The notes beneath the pieces are model-generated. The model worked only from the letters and a program-made list of their open reading frames with translations. It ran no database searches and was not told the DNA's origin. Both the position numbers and the translations under genes were made by a program. 64,000 nt of DNA from Ylistrum balloti. Its lineage: Eukaryota. How positions within the stretch are numbered: the first letter of the stretch is position 1; each line of letters opens with the position of its first letter. The DNA lies in the NCBI RefSeq assembly GCF_031769215.1, contig NW_026782129.1, forward strand, positions 372,001 through 436,000, written 5' to 3'. Positions 26,492 to 39,978 of the stretch are shown here, one piece after another.

Positions 26492-29400
26492 TCAGTCACT
26501 TAATGTTAAAACATGTGCAAATTGTTCCTTGACCTTTGCGAAGTGTGAGCCTTCCCAGAAGACCTTTCCACACCTCTGGCACACATAAAATAAGCCGATC
26601 TTTCCTATCACCCCTTCTGGTACTGTTTCAATCTGTATGGAAACACCACTCACTGCTACAGACACAGTAGTCCAGTTAACACCATAGTTAGCCAGATCCT
26701 TCATACACAATGCTTCGGCTTCAGTCAAATTGGCAGGATTGGCAGCTCTCATTAAAGACAGGACCCGAGACCCTGCCACAGATGACTGTTGGCACTTCCT
26801 GTACCATAACTGCTGGGCCTGTTTCTGTGGTATCTCCAGGTATTGATCACCATTACACACCTGTAACACAATATATCATGAACAGAAGATCTCCATTTCT
26901 TTGACCTAGCATTACTTGAGTAACATCAGCCTCTATATTTTTAAGTAATCACTTGGTCCCTACAGTGTCCTTACACTACCAATCATTCTTTGAACACCCT
27001 CCATTACTTCCACTAAAATTTCCTTACATAATAATTTCCCTGTAATAGTCATATTTATTTGTCAAAAAGGTGTCACACCTAACAACAGTTTTGACCTCTG
27101 ACACATTCAACTATTAGACTGGTTACAATCTGGCTTACATATCTATACAGATGTCTCATCTGGATATCAGGTAATCACTGGATTAATGTTGATATCTACT
27201 GTTATACAGATGTCTCATCCAGATATCAGATAATCACTGGATTACTGGTGATATCTACTGTTATACAGATGTCTCATCCAGACATCAGATAATCACTGGA
27301 TTACTGGTAATATCTACTGTTATACAGATGTCTCATCCAGATATCAGATAATCACTGGATTACTGGTAATATCTACTGTTATACAGATGTCTCATCCAGA
27401 TATCAGGTAATCACTGGATTACTGGTAATATCTACTGTTATACAGATGTCTCATCCAGATATCAGATGATCACTGGATTAATGGTAATATCTACTGTTAT
27501 ACAGATGTCTCATCCAGATATCAGATAATCACTGGATTAATGGTGAAATCTACTGTTTCATCATAACTTTTCTAAAAAATAAATTTTCTTTTTAGTTGAC
27601 ACAGAATTGACCAAGGTTGAAATAAAATGGATTTTTTTTTTATTCGAAACTACAGAAAGAATATTCAGCGAAAATTTCATATTAAAACAGGATTCTGCAC
27701 TACAATTGTATATTGTCTTAGTTCCTTGATAGATATTGCATGTAAATTGGATATCAGTATAGTACAGTGTTTAACAGGAAACAATTAGAAATAAAGAGAC
27801 AGCTAGTAGTAGGAGTACACATGCTTATAAAGTCATGGTGATATGGTCTTCTATACATTTATTTCCTGTGAAAGTCACCAAAGTAAGAATATGGGAATCA
27901 AACTAAAATTTAATAAAAAAATAATAAAACACTGACCCTCACTGACCTGACAGCGACTGAAGATGTCCTTTGTTTTGACCTTCACCCCAAAGTATTCCAT
28001 GACTTCTACAACCTGTTCCTTTGCAGTTACACTCTGAACACAGTAACACATGTGTTCCCCTACGTGTGACCTCACCTGTAATAAACAGTAACATCATTTT
28101 TATCTGAAATGACGGCCTTTGAAGAAACTTGCCCAAAGCTAAAAACATCATCAAACTGTTGATGGACAAGTGGAAAGAAAACAACAAACAATATTCCATC
28201 ACCCATACACTAAAAATTTGATGGGAAAAAGATAAACTATCAAATTTTCATTGTTGCTGAATCTTAAAAGTTTTCCTCAAGTTAATGGAAAAGAATTGAT
28301 CAGTCCCAGATGGATAAAAATAGACCAGTAGACACGATAGGTACATACCATGATGTAGGGGTTTCCACTGGTCAACACAATTCTGTTCTCCATCCTACAT
28401 ATCTATAATGTGAAGAGAGGAATAAATACATAATATTCATTTTAAATAATTCTGCTCAATAACCATTAATACTACATATTTTATCATCAGCTTCTATTTT
28501 TTTGTGGGGGGGTTAGTTAGGGTTAGTATGTAGGTCAAATGATGTCATGTAGCTATGTAAACAAAGATAATGAGGACAAATAAATGAAGTGACCCCTACT
28601 GACCTCAATGGTTCTGTCATGGTCCTCATGATTCTCCAGAATGTAGACATCCACTCCACAACTCCTAAGCTGTCGCCCTAGTCCCTGTAACATTGAGTCT
28701 ACCACAACCTTCAGCTGCCCTGGAGACATGGGATTTGGACCTGCTCCTCGTGGGGAAGGGGAAGTATACTGAAAATTAAATTTCAATCACAGATGAATAT
28801 TTGCATCCATACCATTATGGTATTTATTAGTTCCATTTTAGTTTGACCTTTCTTCATTTTCTTTCCTTTTCTTTGCTCTCTCAGTATAGTTAATGTTGCA
28901 TACTGCCATTACTTTGAATTGCATGTTATCTGTTCTGGTACAACTTAAATCAGACCTTCTCATTGTGGTCATTATATTTTATTTGTGGTATTAATATGAA
29001 TCAAATCTGTTGAGGCATTCATGAGCTATCTTGTACACAAGTTTTGTGTTATAGATGCAAAACTCGACAAAGCTAATCCTTTTCCCCCCACATCCATCCA
29101 TATAGACACAATTACTAATTGGTAAGAGAAACTCTCAAACAAAATTATAGCAAGACCAATCAATTACATCATAATATATAGATAACAAATTTAATAGGCA
29201 AAATCTTAAGATGTCTACCTCTTGGCCATCTTGTTTTTGAGATCTGTCTCTAAGCTGAACATTCGCTACATGGGAATGCGGGACACAATTAAATTTGTTG
29301 AAATAGCGACAAGAATTATTTAAGGATGGACAGATGAAAGGTGAGAAGAAGATCAGCCCATCATTCAATGATAGTAGATTGAAAAATAAATAGTTCAACA

Positions 29401-32400
29401 AGCACCTGTTTTGTCTTGGAAGGTTTTTCTTTGTAAGTGAACTTTTGACCTTTAGCCTTGGCCTTCATTTTCTCTCGCTTGCTAGCCTTCATCCATTTCA
29501 TGCTTACAGGAGGTTCCATATCAATGTTCATCTTTAACCTCTGAGCTTGTCTGACTAGTTCATCATACACTTCAAGAAGTACAAATGCATCTAATGCTGT
29601 AACAGATTTAGAATCACACAGGTATTATATACAGGTAATGTCAGTCACACAGGTAGTATCATTCAGAAAAGTACATAGTTACACAGGACATATATATATA
29701 TATATAAATATATACAGTTTATGTCATCCACGTAAAATAGTCTAAAGTCACAAGTAATATATGTATTATTAAAATGTCACACAGGTAATGTATTTGTCAA
29801 GTAAGTTCACACAAGGTTAGAGTCATACAGGTAATATATACAGGTTATATCATATAGGTTAAGTACATAGTCATACAGATAATAAATACAGGTTATATCA
29901 TATAGGTTAAGTATATAGTCATACAGATAATATATATATAGTTAACTTCATCAAGGTAAAATACAGATTTATACAGGTAATGACTAGTTATACAGGTCAT
30001 ACATAGTCATACAATAGTCATACAGGTTATACGTAGTCATACAATAGTCATACAGGTTATATGTAGTCATACAATAGTTATACAGGTTATACATAGTCAT
30101 ACAATAGTCATACAGGTTATACATAGTCATACAATAGTCGTACAGGTTATATGTAGTCATACAGGTTATACGTAGTCATACAATAGTCATACAGGTTATA
30201 TGTAGTCATACAAGTCATACAGGTTATATGTAGTCATACAGGTTATACGTAGTCATACAATAGTCATACAGGTTATATGTAGTCATACAGGTTATATGTA
30301 GTCATACAATAGTTATACTGATAAAGTAAATAAAGCTTATTAAGTAATGTTTATAGTTAGATAGGTAAGGTATATAGTTATATAAGTAAAGTGAATAATC
30401 ACACAGGTGATATTCATATATAGTAACAACAAAAGTCAGGAAAACATACATACAGGAAAACAAAATACCATACAGGTAACGTATGTCAACGAACAGGTAA
30501 AGTACATGTCGTACAGGTACAATTTACAGTCATAGCTGTCACATTGGTAATGAATGCTACAAACACCTGTCCAAATACCTATACTATACTCAGTTGTCAT
30601 CATCCAATGTACCTGCATAAGTGACTTGAGCTGGTCGTAAAGGTCTTCGTTCCCAGTTTGACATCTGTTCTGTTTTACTGAGAGGTTTTCCAAGTGTCTG
30701 TCTAACTAATTCACTTAGACCACGCGCTTCCTTGCGGGGAAACTTGATGTTTACTCCACTGTCACTATCCTCTAAAGGACCTTCCTCATCATCCGACTGG
30801 CCCGTATCATCAGGGAGGAGGTTCACTGTTTTATCTATCACCTACAGAGAAGTACAGATCACATAGATAAAGCCAAAACTATGATCTGGTCAACATCTCA
30901 TTTCACATCTGATTGTACTAAAAATCAGTGATATTGATCATAAGTTATACATGTAAGACCTTTGGATAAATAAGTCATCAAATGCAGATTTCACTAAGAC
31001 AACATGCAAATTCTAAAATTCCATTGCAACAAAAAGCAGTACAAGACCTTAAGTCTGATACATACAATTCTTACAATTCTATGTATCAGGATTATTTTTC
31101 TAAAAACAGCAAAATTGGTAACATTGGCTTTTCCTGTGTCAATGGTAACAAGAAAAATACCAAAGCATTAAGATTTCCCTTTAGCAAAGAATACTAGTAG
31201 ACCTTAGGATTGAGGAAGAGAATATTCAGGATGCTGTCTACACAGATTTTAGAAGGCATATTTTGAAAACCATCATACAGACAAATATGAACAGACAAAT
31301 CCCTTCAATATCACCTCTGCCAATATTTGTTGGGCAATGGAAAGCAATCATTTAGTTCTGTACCTTTTGAGCAACTTTCTCAAGCTCCACAACTCGACTC
31401 ATGTTTGCAAGGCTTTCTTTCATAAAAGGAAATGTCTTAACAAACATCTGAAAATCAGAGTCAAGTCCATAACCTGAAAATAAACCATCAGTGTCACAAA
31501 TTGCTTTTAGTATCTTAACATGTACATAGAAACAGAAACAACTGAACAATCCAAGACAGTATTATATAAATTTTACTACATGACACTTTTCATTTAGCCA
31601 TTAAATGATTGTGAATTATATCATTGTCAATAGAACAGCAATGAGGGAGAAAGATGAACAAACTGACATCCATCAGAATTTGCTTAGAGACCTAAAATAT
31701 ATTAACCTTGTTTGAGTAGTGCTTGGTTACAGAGCCCAAAATATGTTTACCTAGTTTGAGTATGGCTGGGTTACAGAAAAAACGTGCTGCAAGCTGCTTC
31801 CAGTCATCCATCTGTAGATGTTGAGATAAGTAAACAAGGTCTAGTAAATATATATGGTCCATAACAGCTAGCTGCATCAGGGCTACCCTGTGGGTAACAA
31901 TAGAAACAATAGTAGACTTACTAATTATACAGATCCTGCAAATATCCTCAGAAACAGTTTAACAGACACTTATACTGCCTCTGTATTATAGTCATAATGG
32001 TTATCTCCCAAAAAAGTATTAAAACCATACCAACAATAAATATTATAAAGTTATAAAAATGCAAAGTTATAAAGATGTCATGGCTTCCTATCTATAAACT
32101 TTCATGTGATTTCTTACATTTTACTTCATAACATCATTAATTTGCCTTCAAAATAAGCTTTTGTAATGTTGTTATTCAGAACACTAAATACATCGTTTTT
32201 GTTGTGTTTGTGTATAGGTAAATTACCTCTGAACTGTGTTACCAAACCCAGGTTTCCATTCTGAATCAATACCAACTGTTGTTCCTGGCTGAAAAATTCA
32301 AAACAATATTGCTACAGAATCCGTCTTTCCAGTCATATGACTTTCTTTGAACTAAAGTAATAAAGACAAATGCTTGACCTCTCTTACATCGACTTATTCA

Positions 32401-35400
32401 ATCTTTAACAAAAAAGTTATTTCAACACATGGAAATCTTTTATAAGCTCTGTGAGACACTAAAATCACTTTCAGGAAAATCTCAGATGATATGCGAAGCT
32501 AAAGCACACACTTTGTGAATTCATTTTGAAATTGCCAAAAGTCTACAGCATCATTTCACATTCAACAATACATGTACAATGAAGTTGCATCAATATAGAG
32601 GACACAATCCATCAAATAAAACCAAAAACATTTTTGTGAATCAAAGTAAATGTTTTGTTGAAGATAAACAAGACTCCTAATTCATTTATAAATTTTGAAC
32701 TGATGTTTGTAGACAACCTGGTCACAGGGAGTACAGGATATAAAAAAGAACATATACCAGCACATCTATATATGTTAGGACCAATTCATATAGGACATCT
32801 ACAGTCACACAAGTTTTCACTTTTTTGGGAAAAAGACATTTGTAAGATATAGTTTTAATGCATTTGGATTGCATTCAAATTCTGTACTTGTTTTGATATA
32901 AACCTGAGATAGTCGCTGCAAACAAGCCCAGTAGCTTTCCTTTGTGTCAACCATAGTAATTGCTTCCTGAGAGATCTTTAGAGGGTACCATGATGTTTTG
33001 ATATCACCATCAGTGTAGCAGTCATTGTCCCAGTCCTCACCATCTATCTCACCTGTAGTAGGACCAGGGTTTCTGATGTAAAGTACAAAACATGTGTTTG
33101 GTGAAAAAAAGAAATATCTACTGTGCAAAGTTTCATATCAAGCCTAAGAAAATGTATATAAAACATGAATGTCTCCCTGCTTCCATGTATGTATGTAAAT
33201 GTCATAACTGATGAATTTGCATAAGATATCAAATGTGACCTTTGACCTTTTAACCTTGACCGATGACCACCTAGACAGTTGAAGAATTTGATGCTATGGG
33301 GTAAATAGTAGTCATATCTGTTCAGCAGCCGTATCTGTTCAGAAGTTCTTATTATATGAGACTGATTTGGAATGAAACATGATGGGACAGGAAAGGACAG
33401 ATAGACATTGTGACACAGTAGGCTTTCTCTAGTCCTCCATATTCACACACTATGAACCATATTTGAGGAAAGATAACTTGTAATAAGGGGAGTTAACCAA
33501 CTGATAATGTAGAACACTTACTCTATGCATTGATAATACTCTCATATTTCTGAACAATTTGCATATGCTGAAGTAAGGTAGATAACTCTATCACTTTATC
33601 AGACTTCACATGTTTTCATGTATATACTTTCATAACTTGCCTAAATTATTTCATTCCTCTTCTATTCCATAGCACTATAAAACTGAGTGCTTTTGTATAA
33701 TTTACACTGTGTTCTGACCATTGCTATAAAATGCAATAATTGCTGTAGATAAACGATCCTCTCTTTTCTTAATATACATGTGTTAAAAGAATTCTCAATA
33801 GATCACAAATACTTTTTGCCATTTTATGGTCTCCATGATCTATACTCACACTCTACAGTGTTCCCTGCTCAATCTTTAAGGGTCTCATGTTCTGTACTCA
33901 TAGATTAAGAGTCTCTGTTTTTCCATACAAACTAAAGGTGAGAGTATCCACTGTTCAATATTCACTCATTTTCTCTGTTTTACAACTTACACAAACATAA
34001 AATGTCTATTTTTTCCACACTCATTCATTAACAGTCTCTACTGTTAAACATTCAAAAATGAAACAGACTCACTTTTTAAACTCACTCATTATGTTTCCTA
34101 TTCCATACTTACTTCATATGAGTCTCTCCTTCCAGGCTCACTCACTGAGAGTCTCTGTTCCTCATTCAATCTCTAAGATTCTCTCGTTCCAAAGATCACT
34201 TACTAAGTCTCTTGTTCAACACTCACTCTGTAAGTGCCTGTAATATTCCACACTGACTCATTAAAATCTCTTGTTCAACACTCACTCTGTAAGTGCCTCT
34301 GATGTTCCACACTGACTCATTGAAGTCTCTTGTTCAACACTCACTCTGTAAGTGCCTCTGATGTTCCACACTGACTCATTGAAGTCTCTTGTTCAACACT
34401 CACTCTGTAAGTACCTGTAATGTTCCACACTCACTCATCAAAATCTCTTGTTCAACACTCACTCCCTAAGTGTCTGTAATGTTCCATACTCACTCATCAA
34501 AATCTCTTGTTCAACACTCACTCCCTAAGTGTCTGTAATGTTCCACACTGACTCATTAAAGTCTCTTGTTCCACAATCACTCTGTAAGTGCCTCTGATGT
34601 TCCACACTCACTCTGTAAGTGCCTCTGATGTTCCACACTCACTTGTTCCACTCACTTATTAGGGTCTTCTGTATTTCATACTCACTCTCTAAGGGCCTTC
34701 CTCTGTGTTGCTACCAATGGAGGAACAGATTCGTCAGGTAACTGATAGTAATCTGCCCATTTCGCTGCAGCAATCGTCTCATTGTAACACATCAGCTGTT
34801 CTATTAACTGTTCCTTCAAAAAGGCACTATCACCAACAGCACTCTGTAGGGAAAATAATGTCTAAATCATTCAGAATCACCATCACCAACAGCCCTCTGT
34901 ATGGAAAATAATGTCAAGGCCATTCTGAGTCACTATTACCAACAGCACTCTGCAGGGGAAATAATGTCAAGGTCATTCTGAATTACTATTACTAACAACA
35001 CTCTGTAGAGAAAGCAATGTCAAGGTCACAGAGTCACTATTACCAACAGCATTATGAAGATGAAATAATGTCAAGGTCATTCTGAGTCACCATCATCAAC
35101 AGCTCTCTGTATGGAAATAATGTCAAGGTCAATCAGTGTCAAACATTAAAGAAAAACAAAATATTCATATATGGGTAATGATTAACTCCTCAAAATACAT
35201 GATCAACCTTTCCATAATTTGTTAATATGAAAGTGGATTCAAGTAAAAAATGTAATTAACAAGGTCTGTCAATGCATTAAATATCACAAAATCAAACATG
35301 TACATTTTTGGCCACAACATAGTGCTTGTTTTACTGAAGTGATCAATACAAAATAGTGACTAGGAATATTGGGAATGAAAACAAGTTTTAATTAAAGCTA

Positions 35401-38400
35401 GGTATTCATATTTTTGAAGTGTTTGATATATGGATTGTCAATGTATGTTGTATTTAAGTGTATTTAAATATTATGTTTCCTCACATGAGGTCTGTTTTCC
35501 TTTTCAGTAAGTCTGATAACTAATACAAAATTGACTTTCTGTATTCACTGTGATACATAAGAAGCACACAGACCTTATTAGCATACATACCTGAACCATT
35601 TCTTCCCAGCTGCCTGCACCCATTGATCCCTGTAATTACAGATCTTTTAAAGTGGTATTGATAACAAGAAATGTATTTAAAGTGTACAGATTAATAAGTT
35701 TGACAACAAATACTGAAAACCTTCTTGTCAATTAATGATTTTCATACTGAAATTTAACTCCTTTCAAATAAACAAAAGGCCAAGAGGGCCTGAATTGCTC
35801 AGCATGCTTGATATGCTCCTGAAAAAATAAATAAAAAGCTTTAAAAGATATATATCTATTTCTTCGAAGATGGCTTTTTAAGCTTTTTTTTGTACCCTCC
35901 TTGAGCCACATCACACCATCCCAAATGAGCAGAGACCAATTGATTGTACCAAATGGATTGCCTTCACCAAAGAATATTTCAGACCAAAATTCAGAAGAAA
36001 GATTTTAAAGATTTGTTTTCCTATTTTCTCCCACCAAGCCCTGCCCCTCCCATCCAAGGGGAACAAGGCCCACAAATTATACAAAATTGGTTTCACTTCA
36101 TCAAAAATTGCCAAATTTTTACTACAAATTTTATTTCTTTCACCAAGGATGCTTCTGACCAGATTTGGTCAAAACCTGCTTTGCCTTTAATGACAAGAAG
36201 CAATTTTTAGGAAAAATGTTGATGAATAATGGACACTACAGTATGCCATAAGCTAACAGGTGCTTCAGACAAGGTGAGCTACTCACCACTTTATGCAAAT
36301 AAAAGGCTCCTTTTTCTTTATATTGTTTTACAATGAATGCTTTATAAAAAGTCGTACAGCATATTTTTTATATTGAAATAACGTAATTACTGCAGACTGC
36401 TATGTATTGTATTCCAATGTATACCAACCTCTATATATCGCTTGTACAACAGGTATTTGACAGCACCCAGCCCTCTTGCATTGCTGATGTTTGGGCACAA
36501 ATCTAGAAGGATAAGATATTGTTAATATCAAGACAGTTGAACATCAAAGGAAAAGTAAGTAAGTTTTACTTTTCTCCAGGAAAAATGCCTGTTTATAAAA
36601 GATTTCTTTGCTGGGTTAACCACCTCAAATACAACATGAGTCATTTTGAGGCAGCGACTTATAGTTGCTTGTAGTTTCCTCAATGAATAACATATTGGAG
36701 GCCTTGCACGCCTTCCATAGTAATAGAGGTAAAGTGTCTTCAAGGATACACAGACCAGTTGATCTCTAGGCCTTCTGAGAAACACAAACAACCACTGGTA
36801 GGGAATGTTCAACCATGCACCTCAGATCTTCACCTGAGCTGAGGTTTTTTAGACCAATCCTCTATCACAGCCCCTTTATACAGTCTTGCAATCTAAGTAT
36901 CTGCACTGACAGATTAGATCCTGATGTAAGTGGGAGATTAAAAAGCATGAGACACAAGGGGCCTGTATTATCCACAATGAAATTATCTAAGGCAGAAATA
37001 GTACAATGTCAAGTAAATTTAGTATTTTCATGTGTTCCCTAATATGTTATCAAATAGAGTTAACGCATTATCACACAGTTAGTACACCTAAAATCAGAGT
37101 TACTTCTCTTATACTGAGTTCTTACCTTTACAGATATTATACAGATTTACAAAAGAACATCTGACTCACCTGAAGGGATATCATACAGTTTCATTAAGCG
37201 GGCTGCTAGCTTACTCAGAGGTTTCCAATGCATCTTTTCTCGTTTCGCATTAGGCACACCTGATGAACTACAAATAATTATAATTCTTTCATAAACTAAA
37301 GGTCAATAATAAATTCTTATTAGGTCAATAACTGTCAATATATAGATATATAGAGGGTCAGTCAGTTTTGTAAGGGACGAGGTATACCCGTGATCAATAT
37401 CATCAATGAAAGCAATTTGTATATTTTGATGGTAAAAATTATTGTTCATTGGTAAAAATAAAAAATTGATTGTAAACGTCACTTTATTGTACTTAATTCA
37501 TTCAAGAAGAAGTAGTTCTGCATATAACTCTAAAGGTATCAAACCCAGTGAAAATGACAGATAACAAGAGTGGCAGGATAGCTATGATATTTGTCTTCTT
37601 TGATAGTTCAAAGTCTCTAAGCAGTGTATAATGTCAACAGCAGCCATATTGCCATCTATAACATCCCACTGTCAACTGTAGAAATATAGAAGATCAGCAT
37701 GTGACATCAACTATCCAATGGTATTCTCATACTGTGTGAAATGATACTATTTAGATTACAGTTTCTGAGCTGCTAACATCTGACATCAACAAAACCATCA
37801 CTTTCCTTCGATCCCCACAGAAAATTCCCTGATATGGTACCTGATAATGATTATCATTTCTACCTGACACCTATGTGCTATAGTTACCTAATGATGGTAG
37901 CCATGTCAACTGATCGATCACAAAGTCTGTCCAACATCTGTACCACCAGCTGTTGTTGACGTTGGTTACCAATTAAGTATGTTTCTATCAAGTTCACTTT
38001 ATCTTGGAGAATGAGAGGTAAAACAATCTGAAACAGATTTGTCCTGTATATATTAACTGATTTTAAGGTCTAGGTAATCCAATCCAACCTACTGTATACT
38101 TTCCAAGTGAATGTAAATGCTTTTAACAATTTCAGAATTCAAATATTGTGGATTGTTCCCAAATCTGAAGAAAGACAATAAACAGAATTGTATGATGAAA
38201 AGAAAATATTTGATCAATTAATTCAAATTAGATAATCTTGCTTTTTAAAATTTTTTTACTGCAACCTGGATTAAGTAAATGACCGACAGCTTAGCAGGTA
38301 CTGGTGATGGCCAACTGAAGCTTAAGATAATTTCCGTACAGAAACGATCAATATGGTGAACCAGAACCACTCAGCAATAAACCAATGTAAAGAAATAAGC

Positions 38401-39978
38401 CCATTTATACAAATTGTTGTTCAATAGAATAACAAATAGGCATTAACTTATTGTCCTACAATAAGTCAGCACCCGAGTGTGAATTTATATGCTGATCCCA
38501 GAAGTCTATTGTTAAAAAAAAAAAAAAAACCTGTAACCTACTATAGTACCAAGTCTACTGACCATGCATCGTTACAAAATGTTCTGTCCTGGTTTTGTCA
38601 AACATTGATTAGGTAATTACCAACACCTTATTTCATTTAAGCTTCTTAGAGATCATGAAACAATCTTAAACTTTTCCTCAGCCAATCACATATGACGTTT
38701 CTCTTCATTACATTGTATATGATTGGTCAAGTCAAAACTTAGTTCAGTTTTAGACTTAAAGGATAGTTACATGATCCTGGAGTCTGATGTCTTTACTCTT
38801 TCTTCTTTCTATCAACTGATTTATTTACTTGGACAATATTATTACCATATTCAGTTAGTAAAACACTTCAACTGATACAACAAAATGTATTAACTTACCT
38901 CTTCCACAGAGAAATGATCTTGTAAGCCAAGTTTACCTCCACAAACAGCAGCCTGTAATTTGATCATCAATGAAGGAATCAGAAACAGTACACTAGGTGT
39001 GGTATAACAGACATAGGATACAAAGATATGTAACATATTAGATATCCAAGGCACAGTATACAAAGATGGCATGATTCAGAAATCTTATATCATTGAACAT
39101 TGTAAAGTTAGTGCTTGTGTTCTATTTTGCAGATGTTTTTAAGAAATTCAAAGATATCCTACACACAATTTCCCAAAAACTTACCTCTTTGAATTTATGC
39201 TTCTCCAAAAAGCATCTGAGCACAGGCACCAAAAAGCTATTATCAGGTTGGTCAAGCTGGAACGCTTTTATAGCAAAGCCAACCATAGTCATATGATAAC
39301 GAGTACACATGTGTAACACATGTAGCTTTAACTCCTGTGTGAGGAGAAGATGTGAATGTTTTGGAATGTTGTCTTTTAAACTGCACCAATTATCAAACTC
39401 TTTCATAATATAATAGGCTAGAGTTGATGTCTTGGGTAAATGATAATCTTTGCTCTTCTCGACAATGTAGGCAACCAGGGTGTAAGGATTGGTAGACTTT
39501 GACAAGTGATGCCTTAATATCCTGTACATGTCTGTCTTGTCTTTCCTTGTATCATCACCCCATCTATCTTCAAGTTCCTCAAGAATTTGTCTCATTTCAC
39601 CAACAGTGGTCTCCCTTTGTGCTTGATCCAGATTTGCTGTCATCCACTTGGATGTATGTGATACAGGAAATTGTTGGTGAATCTGCTTAAAACTGTTTTC
39701 TTTGATCTTTGGTGAACTTTTATATTTTGTTTTTGAATCAGATTTTCCTTTATGAAGAGGTGGGAAATGGGCAGCATAAAAATGATCAGGTTCATCATGA
39801 GCACTCTCTGCACCACCTGGAACCAAGTCAAATTCATTTGAAACTTCTTTCTGAGCCATACTGGATTTGGATATTCCTTGTTTCTGTGCTTCTATAGAGA
39901 TGGCATGTGATTTAATTCTCCTTTTCTTTACAGATGTCTGTAGTATCTTAACAGTGTCATTTCCATTAGCTGGTAAAG
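26492..39978 (-). CDS. EXD3: Exonuclease mut-7 homolog / EXD3 (DEDDy 3'-5' exonuclease plus Mut7-C PIN-like/Zn-ribbon domain); 950 aa from Met at 39859, with the frame open further 5'
   Basis: 17 phase-consistent GT-AG exons: 39978-39185, 38952-38899, 38027-37888, 37267-37170, 36502-36429, 35629-35591, 34843-34686, 33072-32904, 32288-32227, 31887-31751, 31473-31364, 30841-30613, 29596-29406, 28768-28604, 28402-28349, 28075-27947, 26860-26492. Motifs: ExoI VGIDSEWKP, ExoII KLGYGLDSD, LSxxEQMSNWERRPLRPAQVTYAALDA (ExoIII), Mut7-C VDSMLQGLGRQLRSCG, and Zn ribbon FSRCQVCN...CQRCGKVFWEGSH. The true start exon is unresolved. Confidence 0.95.
27140..27556. repeat. 59-bp minisatellite, about 7 copies, in the last EXD3 intron
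   Basis: TATCTACT recurs at 27193, 27252, 27311, 27370, 27429 and 27488. Confidence 0.93.
29800..30320. repeat. TAGTCATACA-based minisatellite (30-bp and about 20-bp units) with degenerate flanks at about 29620-30500, in an EXD3 intron
   Basis: The 30-bp period GGTTATACATAGTCATACAATAGTCATACA is clear at 30001-30150. Confidence 0.88.
34205..34690. repeat. 59-bp minisatellite (about 30-bp dimer), about 7 copies plus partials, abutting the donor of EXD3 exon 34843-34686
   Basis: The unit TCTCTTGTTCAACACTCACTCTGTAAGTGCCTCTGATGTTCCACACTGACTCATTGAAG shifts by one base per 60-base line. Confidence 0.9.
34825..35135. repeat. 53-bp minisatellite, 6 copies; the first copy spans the acceptor of EXD3 exon 34843-34686
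   Basis: Units start at 34825, 34878, 34931, 34984, 35035 and 35088. Confidence 0.88.
35771..36281 (+). mobile_element. Non-autonomous HINE/Helentron-like element in an EXD3 intron
   Basis: 5' AACAAAAGGCCAAGAGGGCCTGAATTGCTCA and 3' AAGCTAACAGGTGCTTCAGACAAGGTGAGCTA (terminal stem-loop-like GGTGAGCTA end). Confidence 0.6.

Noticed and set aside
27140-30320. 59-bp and TAGTCATACA arrays as further splice-junction copies
   Set aside because: They lie inside EXD3 introns away from the junctions and do not resemble them. Their CAG-GT motifs are on the antisense strand. The equal 59-bp period of two arrays looks coincidental because the sequences differ.
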